Origin: Camelus dromedarius
Lineage: Eukaryota
Reading direction: 5' to 3'
Assembly: GCF_036321535.1 (NCBI RefSeq)
Contig: NC_087436.1
Location: forward strand, 12,834,001 to 12,898,000
DNA length: 64,000 bases
In this document: piece after piece, positions 11,951 to 22,602 of the stretch
How the letters are laid out: every line of letters begins with the position of its first letter
Position numbering within the stretch: position 1 is the stretch's first letter
Made by a program: the position numbers and the translations under genes
Notes under the pieces: model-generated
What the model saw: only the letters and a program-made list of their open reading frames with translations
Databases searched by the model: none
What the model was told of the DNA's origin: nothing

Positions 11951-12951
11951 GAATGTTGTTAAAATAAACAGAAATTATTCCATTTGCTGAGTTTAGCCGT
12001 AATTACACGCTAGCACATTGTGATTTGGTGCAGAGTTGAGTGACAGCCTCAGTAAACTCAACCAGGGAGCATCAAATCTCCCGACACAGCGAGGGATGGA
12101 TGGTGTTCAGATGTCACAGTTGCAACTTTGTAAAAATGATAGGTAGCATCTTTCATTTGTTTCTACATCTCAAAGAACCTCAAAGTCCAAGTAAAGAATC
12201 ACCAGAGACTAAGAGACACTGGAGTAGGAATAGTGGTTCCAGCATTCGGAGACCACGTTGTTAAACACAAGTTGAGTCTTTAAACACACCTAGAAATCAC
12301 AGTAATTTCAAAGATGACCAGTTGCTCTAATTTTTGCCTTATGGTCACCATTTGAGTGGAAAAGTTCTAGATAAGAAAGATGGGCGTCTCGGGTAAATGC
12401 AAACGTAGCCGGTGTCATTCACTCCAAAATCCAGCTAGTGATCAGAATCTTTTGGGGACATTTATGTAAAAATACATACTCTTAGGATCTTCCCATGTAG
12501 AGACTCTGTTGTAATAAACCCGGGTTGACACCAGGAAATCTGTACTTTAAATCAGCTCTGCAGGTTTAGATGATCAGTGAGCATGACAGTTGATATGTAA
12601 TGGTTAAACAGAAATGTCAGCTGAGCTCCTGAGGCTCTTGGTGTGTGAAATAATCCACATTTTCACCCCATGTGGGGGAATCTGTTTCAGCTTAAAAAAC
12701 AATGCTTTAGTTACATTGGTTAGCTGTTTTGTTGTTCTTAAATGCAGAGGAACTAAAAGTTTATGTCCCAAGTGCATATATCCTTTATAGCTTGTTATAC
12801 ACATGCAGTCTTAAGTGTATAATAAGTATGTTGTAGTTCCCGTGCCTTAGTGTGGGATGAGTAATTTTCAATGCATCTTTTTTAAATCTTCATAAAAGTC
12901 ATGAGTTAATCTTTTAGATACTGTCTTTTATATTCTAACTAGGGGCTACTA

Positions 12952-13226
12952 CATTTTTTTAAATTGAAATATAGTCAGTTGCAATGTGTCGATTTCTGGT
13001 ATAGAGTCTAATGTCCCAGTCATGCATATATATATATACATATATTCATTTTCATATTCTTTTTCATTAAAGGTTATTACAAGATATTGAATATCATTCC
13101 CTGTACTAGACAGAAGAAATTTGTTTTTTTAAGCTATTTTTATATATAGTGGTTAACATCTGCAAACCTCAAACTCCCAAATTTATCCCTTCCGACCCCC
13201 TTTCCCCCAGTAACCATAACAACTGT
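12952..13226 (-). mobile_element. Short young L1 3'-end insertion with target-site duplication
   Basis: ttgaaatatagtcagtt... L1 3' end; TSD taactagggg(c/a)ta(c/t)ta at 12936-12951 and 13227-13242. Confidence 0.85.
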
Positions 13227-15233
13227 TAACTAGGGGATATTATCTTTTGATTGTATTCAAAATTGTGATGCTTGAATGGGCAAAATCCAATATGTAGCAT
13301 TTCTTATCAAATGATACATTAAGTAGGCTTACTTCTTTCTAGATAGATCTATTACCCAGGCATGGTCTCTGTGTTTCTGCTATTTGTACATTAACTGAGA
13401 ATTGACCACCAAATTATCTACTTTAGTGGATTTTAACCTGTGGCTTTACTTTAAACTCTCAAGGGATTCGCTCAGTCCTGAGTGCATAATGGGGCTGAGC
13501 AAAGGTCTGAGGGATCCTGCCCTTAGCCTGGGCTCCTGCTACCTCCCCATCCTTAATTCTGTGGGCTTTCACTACCCTCAGTCTTGCTTCAAAAGTTCTG
13601 CTTTCAAGTATTTTGCCTGTTGAGTTTCTATGTGTGCCTTTTTTGGAATGTGGGTTCTACATAAAAAAAAAATCTATCCAAGATCTTGATACTCACTGGA
13701 TTTAGTTATCCAATACTTACAAGTTTATGAAAATCAGCCTCTCTGAGAGGCTGATGATTCTGGAATCAAAGATGAATAAGAGCTAATTATTAGTGAAGGA
13801 GAAAGATGTGTAAATCAGATAAATTGCAGTAACCAGAAGGTTTGAAAAGGGACAGCAATTAGTCAGAAGGTGATGGGGGGAAACATGCTGTTAACAATGG
13901 GAGTATCGTATGCTGTTAACAAAGGGCCTGCCCTTTCCTGGAACAGTGAACAATTCGCTGTGACAAGAATGTAGATGTATAGTGAAGGTGGAGGAGGGGG
14001 TGGCCAGGAGACAGAGCTGGGACCAAGTAACAAACCATTTTCATTCCCAACTAAGGAATTTGGATTTTAACACTTAGATAACAAAGAGTTAACATTAATC
14101 AAGAAAGTAACTTGGTCAGAATTTTCTATTTTTTAGGACAATGTATGTGAAGGCAGAGTAATAGAATAAAGGTAGGGGTGGGACAGAACTTATGTCCAGG
14201 AAACCAGGTCAAAGCTGAAGCTGGATATGATGAGGAATTAAGAGAGTGATGGCATTTCCGTGATAGAAGTTAATAGCCTTTGCTTGGATGCGATGGAAGA
14301 TGAGCTTCAGGACGATCAGTTTCTATGAATGTCGGTGGCAGTGATGCTACAGGAGGGAAGGGGAACCGTGGGTCCCAGGGTTGCCCAGGGCAGATGGAGA
14401 ATATGAAGTAAGAGAAGCGGTGAGTTGATGGGGAGAAGTAGAAAGACGAGAAATCCGCTTCTATTTTAGTTCTGGTTGTGACTACGTAGAAAACAAAAAC
14501 CCAATGGAGGCCAATAGGTTTAATTTCCAGGTGCGGGAGGCAAATGCTGCTTCCTGCCTCGCCTGTTACCCTCAAGAAACAATGCTGAAGACTTGACCCT
14601 GTCTGTCCCCTTGGGACCTCTGCTCCCCGTGTCTAGCTACCTGGCAGAGCAGTGGCTTTTCAGGGTAGAGTGAGATTCTGAACATGCAGGTGTCCGGTGC
14701 CAGATCACTAGCTACTTGAGGTTGGGACTGCTTCTCTTTTCTTACAAGTTTAAAGCCTGACTCAGTGGCCCTGTGGATTACAAAATAAGGAAACATTGAC
14801 TTATTGTAACAGAAACCGATTTAATGAATAAATCCTGTTGAATTTTCTGTGACGGATCTTACATAAATAAATAGAGGTTCAAAGTGGACTTTCAAACACA
14901 AGTTTTTAGTCCACCTCAGTTTTCCCACAAGGGTAGAAAATTCCTCTTCCTCATTTAAAACTTTTCACAATCCAATGGAATTGAAATTATGAACACTGAC
15001 TATCTGCAATTATTCTTTTAGTTACTTCTTGGTGCGCAGTATAAATGATGAATACGAAAGAAGATCATGGGCTGCTTTTAATGTCATTTATCCTAAATAC
15101 TTTTCCCAAAAAAGTCACATTTACTAATTTTTTTATAGCTTTAGAGGGATATAATGTTTGAATGAAAATTCTGATGACATGAGAATACAAAAATGTTGTT
15201 ACATAAGGCAGAATAAAAATCTACTTTTGGGGA

Positions 15234-15584
<351 letters not shown>

Positions 15585-15829
15585 TCACACTAGTACACAA
15601 AAGGCCTTCTCTGCCCTATAGCAAGAAAAGGAGAGAACTGGGCCTATGTGGCAAATTCATCTACATTCATTACTTTACCCTAAATTGATAGCTTTCAGAT
15701 CCTTTAGTGTTACAGATCTCTGGAAAATGAAATGGAGGTTTCAATATACACCAACTAATACAGAGATATAGGAATCTGTCTGAACACTCACTACTTAGGA
15801 AGTTACTGTGCTCGAATTCCATGTGTATC

Positions 15830-15995
15830 TCTTACAGTTGCATGACTTTGGGTAAATTACTTCATCTCTCTACACTTCATCTGTAAAATGAGGCTAAGAA
15901 TGGCAACCTTAGAGCAGAAATGCTTTAGAGGGATCCAGGAAGGGCTTGGTACAGGGGCTGGCACACAGGAAGTACCCAAGAAATGATGGTTATGT
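15830..15995 (+). mobile_element. MIR SINE remnant
   Basis: tgactttgggtaaattacttcatctctct...catctgtaaaatgagg MIR core. Confidence 0.65.
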
Positions 15996-16080
15996 TACTT
16001 TTGACATCCACTCCCATCAGTGGCTCCAAGTGGCAATATTAGCTTGGTGGAGGGAGCAGGAGGGAAGGGCCAGCACATAC

Positions 16081-16366
16081 CAGCCATCGTTGTCTCTGTC
16101 GTATGTGCTGAAGAACATGCTGTTGTGAATGGTCATGGTCCGGTTTTCTCCCACCAGTTGAGAAGCCCCTTCTAAGAGGGCATTGCCGGCTGTTCCCTTG
16201 TAGTTGCTCACTGACAGTTGGTATTTGTTGGCCTCGTTCTGTACAGTGAAACCTTCATAGATTGCCTTCACCGTGTCTCCTTTCCAGTCCTCCATTTCAA
16301 TCAAAAGCTTTGTGGGTCCCATTCTGGTAAGCTGGCTAATTTTTTCATTCCCAAGCCAGTACTCAC
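16081..16366 (-). CDS. FGB: Fibrinogen beta chain exon (human exon 7 equivalent)
   Basis: ttag|GT...TG|gtatgt, 286 nt; [13 protein letters not shown]...[23 protein letters not shown]. Confidence 0.97.
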
Positions 16367-16595
16367 CTAAAGGGAAAATAAAATAAAGTCTCGCTAAAAA
16401 TAAGAACTTTGGAAACCAAAAAATGCCTTTCTTCACTTATCATTGGCTTTTATACTCTTTTTATAAATTCTTCTTGACCTCCTAAGACTCCTAAAAACAG
16501 ACTGCTAATACTTTTCACAGTTTGAACACATTTTCAAATGGAAAAAAAAAAGTATTTGAAATAGAATGATTTTATTTTGTACTCCCAGTTTTTAC

Positions 16596-16721
16596 CTGGC
16601 ACACCACAGTATTTTTTCCCATCTGCATTGGTTGCAATATTTCCAAATCCTTGTCTGTATGGATCCCATTTCCTGCCAAAGTCAACACTACCATCTTGAC
16701 GGTTCTGAATTACTGTCCATC
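16596..16721 (-). CDS. FGB: Fibrinogen beta chain exon (human exon 6 equivalent)
   Basis: aaag|GA...CAG|gtaaaa, 126 nt; [21 protein letters not shown]. Confidence 0.96.
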
Positions 16722-17087
16722 CTTTGGTTGAAAGAAACAAAAACAGCACATATTATTAACCACTAACAAATAATGTCACTTTGAGGGGCATGTCTGAATT
16801 CCTTGTCCATTTAATTTAATGTATGTCACCTATATTTAGTGCTTCAAAAGAGATCCACTAAGAAAATAAACACGAGATGAAGACTCTTAGACTCTTTGGA
16901 AATTACAAGGGCTTTATCTTACCCCAAATTGTGAATCATAGATATTTTTAGAAGTTTAAAATAGCAAACTGAATTCCAAATCAAATAGCTCATTGCTTGT
17001 CATGTTAAAGCTAGGTTTTATTTCCTGGCATTTTTATATAATCAACATAATTTCAGCATAGTCGGTCAACAGGTAGCAAACACTTAC

Positions 17088-17201
17088 CTCCTCTTTCTGT
17101 TTTCATATCACAGTAGACTCTATACGGTTTGATAGCCCCTTCCGGCTGAATGAGATACATTTCAGATGTTTCACCTCCATTCCTGATAATTTCTTCACAT
17201 T
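17088..17201 (-). CDS. FGB: Fibrinogen beta chain exon (human exon 5 equivalent)
   Basis: gcag|AA...GAG|gtaagt, 114 nt; [19 protein letters not shown]. Confidence 0.96.
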
Positions 17202-17694
17202 CTGCAACCATAAGATAACATATTATATTTAGGGGCCACAACGTAATTACCTAGCCTGTAGTCACTCATTCTACAATATAACTGATTCCGTAGGACTTAG
17301 AAATGTTTTATTTTAGATATCTGAGAATACGTTTCAGAAAATCTTCCTTTTAGTGAAAATCAAGCTCGGATTTGAGGAACTCTGTGTGCCTAGGGGATGG
17401 AAAAAAAGCCCTTTTCCACCTTTTGGGTCCTGTGATATCTGTAAATTTCCAGCACACACAGGATGGAAAACTTCATTCCTACATCAATGGTTCCCCTGTC
17501 TGTCCAAGCAAGAGTGTATATTATACCCCTGTAGCTACCAATGTCATTGCACTGCTCCTACTCATCAAAAACTGGCGAAGGCATTAGGCTAAGTCAGAAC
17601 ACAGCATGCTGGGGATAGCTTCAGGACGCGCTGAAATGCCATTAGGATCTGTCGGGGAAAACCCACTGGACTTCCTTTAGTTCTCTTATTTTTA

Positions 17695-18030
<336 letters not shown>

Positions 18031-18879
18031 CTAAATGTATTCACCTGCAGAACTGTGATTTTGATTTTTCTGAGAATAAACTAACAGACACTGAATGATT
18101 ATCAGGAAGTCATGACACGCAGTTGTCCTTAGGAGAGATTATTTGGCCTATGGCACAAATCAACACACAGTCTAGCTACTAAAGTAGTAATTTACCTTAG
18201 ATTGAGCTAAAAATTAAGCCTAATAATAAACACAATAGGTTGATTATTTCTTTGGTGAGGAGAAAAGGAGAAAGCAGCATGTAGGCCTTCCATCTCAGAA
18301 GCTCAACACCTCACGGAGTGGATACGCTTGACTTACTTATCCATCTCACATAACTGCTTGAAATTTACAAGAGACATGCCATGATCCCTTTGAAAAATGT
18401 CCAAATTTGGATATGCTACTCCCTGAGACGCCTGTGCCAGGCTCACTCACTAGCTGATCCTGACCACCGAGCCAATCGCTCAAAATTCAGATCTCAAGTT
18501 TCAAAGATTAGGATTCTTATCTGCAATTCAGTTGAGTATATCATGGATGACCCGCTCATATTCAAAACCTCAAATGTTAAATCTATGAATGCTAAACTTT
18601 CACCCTGTCTTAGAGTCGCAGTTTCTTATAGACTAAAAATAAAGACTCGATGGTGAAATTTTTCCTAGACAGTCGCCCTCGCTGGTACCACACTGGGAAG
18701 AAGAGTTGAATAGTGCTTATCTGGGGGTTGCAGGTAAAGATGCCTCAGTGAGGACCTTAGGGTCACCAGGCTCATAACGACCTTCTTAGAAATTTGAATC
18801 TTCTCATAATTATGCATTCCCACAGTCTAACAGTTTCCATTTTATAGCAGAATCAAACAGAAAACACAAGGATATCTAC

Positions 18880-19063
18880 CTTTTACTCGCTTCTCCCTCT
18901 CTTTCCACATGTTTCTTAGCAGAGTCATGTACTGAAAGGTGGAAGAAGAGGTCTGGGAAACAGACTCTATATTGCTATTTAACTCATTTACACTGTTTTT
19001 GATGGGTCTTTCCTGTTTTAGCAAAGTGTCTTGCAACTGACATCCTGTAGGACACAGCACGCC
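18880..19063 (-). CDS. FGB: Fibrinogen beta chain exon (human exon 3 equivalent)
   Basis: gcag|GGC...AAG|gtagat, 184 nt; [22 protein letters not shown]. Confidence 0.97.
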
Positions 19064-19546
19064 CTGCAAAACAAAGAAAACAGCCAACATTAGGGGAAGG
19101 ATCTGGGTTATGGATATTGGTGAAAACAGCACAGAGTGAAAATTCAATGATATCATTTGCTGATATAAAAACTTGCAATTTGATGTCTTCATGTAGGACT
19201 AGAAGTTCTAGAGTCTTATCATATTCCTATGAAGATTAAAAATGATCCTTACCACAGAGGGTAGCTAGGCTATGAAAATATTACCATCTGAACAGGTGAA
19301 GTGGACAAAATACAAAGGGAAAGGCAATGCCACGTGTCCTAATCTGTAACCTTGGGCTCAGACCAGAGAAAACTAAAAAAACACCATTAACCCAAGGCCC
19401 AATAAGTTTATGTTTTGTATTTATATCCAAAAGAAACAAGTAACAGTGATGGTAACGTGGGTCAGCGCGACATCAGGAAGACGTGATGAATGCAAGCTTC
19501 CTTTGCCTGGAAGGCCCGGCCCTGCGAGAGACAGCAGTGTACCCAC

Positions 19547-19738
19547 CAGGTCGGGGTCGGCATGCAGACAGCCTCCAGCATCAGGGGGTTTTCTCTCCAC
19601 TTTCCTCTGGCTGGCAGCTACTTTGGGTGGACGAGGCTGATAGCCACCTTTGCTGATGGGAGGGGAGACAGGTCTCAGGCTGGGAGCTTCTTCCCTATTC
19701 CTGTCATAGGGTCGATGGCCGCGGGCATCCAGACGAAC
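19547..19738 (-). CDS. FGB: Fibrinogen beta chain exon (human exon 2 equivalent): thrombin site and knob B
   Basis: gaag|GTT...CTG|gtgggt, 192 nt; [23 protein letters not shown]...GCLHADPDL; not in the ORF track. Confidence 0.96.
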
Positions 19739-20279
19739 CTTCAGGGAACCATGCAGAAATAAAATGCAGTGTGTTACAGACGATTTGAGATGTAGCTATT
19801 CCAACACCCTCGTTCTACAACTTAGGTTATCAGACAACTGATGATTTCCTGAAGGTCCATCAACTGGTGAGTTGTCGTTGCTAAATCCATCGGATCCTGA
19901 GGCCTCTACAGTAACAGTAGAAAGAACAGCGCAAAAAGCCACTGTGCTTGAGGTAGTCTCTAAAAAGAGGACTTAAAATAAAGATGCATCCAACAATGAA
20001 AAACAACGACCTCAGATTCCTGAGTTCTATACACTGGAACGCACAATAGTCAGAAGTCTACACTGTCAGAGGGAATAAACATTCTCAAGCCACTTGGATT
20101 CCTAAATTCCTGTCATTATTTTTTCACTTCCAATTTTTATGAAATGATGATTAATTTGGCTAGCTCCTATATGATTATATTTAAGAGGCAACAAACACAG
20201 CTTTATTAAAAGTGGAATTTACCTGAGATTGATTTGTAATAAGACAACCACTGACTCTAACATGTCTAAAGAGGAATAA

Positions 20280-20480
20280 GGTGTTCTGGAGCCAGATGCT
20301 GGGTTTCAGGTCTTGACCCTACCACGTACTAGCTATAAAGACCTTAGGCATGTCACTTCACCTGTAAAGCAGGGATAATAATGGTATCTACCATATAAGA
20401 TGATCATAAGGATTAAATGACCTATTGCATATGACACCCTTAGAAGAGTACTTGGCACATGTTAATTATTCATTATTATT
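20280..20480 (+). mobile_element. MIR SINE remnant
   Basis: ctggagccaga...gaccttaggcatgtcactt...ggataataatggtatctacc...aggattaaatga. Confidence 0.65.
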
Positions 20481-22083
20481 TTTATTGCATTCACACTTAG
20501 ATGCTACAATGAATGGCTTCTCCACTATTAACTCCAGTCTTATCTTTATCATCTATAAACAAAATTGTTAAACCATTCTCATGAAATTTCTTACATGATT
20601 TCTTTATCAAAGGCCATGATTTTCTCATATTTCAAATAATTCTCAAGGCATGCACATTGCAATTAAAATTATATTTGCTAACTTACAAAATATTACATTA
20701 AAAGATAGTAAAGTAAGAAATATGCAATGCAATACAAAAGTGCCAGCTTGGATTAAACTGTATTATCATACGGTCTTTGTCAGTAATTACACCTTTGGGG
20801 GCTGAATTACAAATTAACAAATGACTAGATATGAAGCAGAGACTCAGCTCTCTAGCTGTTTCATGAGCCTAGAAGTCATCGAATGACTCTGGAATTTTGC
20901 AGTCATTTATTCAGTAGCTTACAATATTTTGTAACACTTGGTGGAAGAGTGCTAGGCTTTAAACCCAGGCGGATTAGTTCCAGATTCCCCTGCTTAACTG
21001 GTGAACTTAAAACTACATCTGTTATGTGTGACTGCAATTAAAAAAATGTATGAAGATTTAGGGAAAATAACATATTTCATACTGAAGACATGGTCCCAGC
21101 CAGAGATGATCTGTTCTAACAGGAATTTTATGAAATGTGACTCATCTGTTTATTACAAATCCAATTGTAACAGAAGAAAAATATATTCTTTTTATTTCAG
21201 AGTCCCATTAGAGAGGTAGCATGGATGATCTAACTTTACTAGAGAAAAGGAAACAAAAAATATTTAAAACAATTGTGTAGGTATTTAGGTTTATGAAGAA
21301 TACCGTCTCTGTGTATCAATTGGTGAGCAGAATGTAAAAATACTTAGTCAAGTACTTTATTCGGTCAAGTACTTTATAAAAGTTTACTCTTACACATTCT
21401 TTACATTTTTCTTTCCTAATCAATTAACCAGAGAACTATCTTTTTACATGTATAGTTTGATAATTAAAATATTTAGGTTCCATTCAAATGCAACATGTGA
21501 TCCGAAATGAATCTCTTCATTGAAGTATTACTGTGTCCTTTTATTTATAATGTGGCGATATTATGCAATGTACAAGAAATTTGATCAGGCGTCATCTGAT
21601 AATAAAATTAAAATTCTTTAAATATTCACTTCTCTGAGTGCATTTTTGTATTTTTGACATCTCCAAACCAACAGGAATAAATTAGCAAAGACAGTGCTTG
21701 AAGGAGAACTGTTTGCCAAAGGAATAAATTAAATGGAGCTCTATATTTCATAACCACTAATACTAACAATAAATAAATTTCTCATTTAAAAAAAAACACA
21801 GCTTTTAGTTTTCTATCGCCACACTTGATCTATTCTGCTTTTAGATATAGTATACAATTTTCATTCATAAATAGCCAGTAATTTCAGGGCCCATATACTA
21901 CCATCCTTCATGAAAGAGTCACCTAGATTCCACAGCTTTTTTCTTTAAAACACTGCTCTTTTATTATTTTACAGTCTGCAAAATTTTCAGAGTTTTGTTC
22001 TCATAACTGTCATAACGTATTGTTAGAACTAAATGAAAATCGTAGTACCCAGGCTAACAACAAGTGAGAAAAACACGTCTTAC

Positions 22084-22104
22084 CTTAACTCTGTCATCTT
22101 CTTC
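22084..22104 (-). CDS. FGB: FGB 21-nt microexon encoding EEDDRVK of fibrinopeptide B
   Basis: Long pyrimidine tract ...cttttattttcccag|GAA GAA GAT GAC AGA GTT AAG|gtaaga; phase 0-0; completes ATDYDE-EEDDRVK-VRLDAR. Confidence 0.9.
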
Positions 22105-22332
22105 CTGGGAAAATAAAAGTGACAAACCAGAAAACAAGAAATCATTATTTTGTTTTATATAAGAAATACTATGCAACATTCTTTTTTAAAAAAATGGGTC
22201 TTGAGATTAATCATTCAATCTCATAACTAAAATCAATGTTAATTTCATTAAAAATAAATACAAATATTATGCTTAGGTTATAGTTTATTTTAATCATGTT
22301 AGTAAGATATAATAATAACATTTAAAAGTTAC

Positions 22333-22404
22333 CTCGTCGTAGTCAGTGGCAGCTTGGGACTTAACAATAAAAATGCAAAATAGAAACAGTAATAGATGTT
22401 TCAT
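22333..22404 (-). CDS. FGB: Fibrinogen beta chain exon 1 (signal peptide + start of fibrinopeptide B)
   Basis: accATG MKHLLLFLFCIFIVKSQAATDYDE|gtaact. Confidence 0.95.
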
Positions 22405-22474
22405 GGTTTTAAAGTTTTGGAAGTTCCAAGAAGCCGTCCTTTGCTTGTGAACTTAACTGAGAGAGCCTCCAGCC

Positions 22475-22602
22475 TATATATATACCTGAATCCCCTGCTG
22501 GGTATGCCTTTAGAAGTGGGGACCTTCCTTAGTTAATGTTTAATTTTTTGGTTCACTTGTTGGCTGAACCATTTTATCCCTTAAGCAACATCTTCCCAGC
22601 AA
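22475..22602 (-). promoter_or_regulatory. FGB: FGB proximal promoter: TATA, HNF1 site, C/EBP site, IL-6/STAT3 response element
   Basis: TATATATATA 22475-22484; GTTAATGTTTAAT 22532-22544; TTGCTTAA (rc 22581-22588); CTGGGAA (rc 22593-22599); same order as in the known human FGB promoter. Confidence 0.85.

Noticed and set aside
21347..21377. Short direct repeat gtcaagtactttat x2 (similarly atgctgttaacaa x2 at 13885-13922)
   Set aside because: Ordinary local slippage duplications
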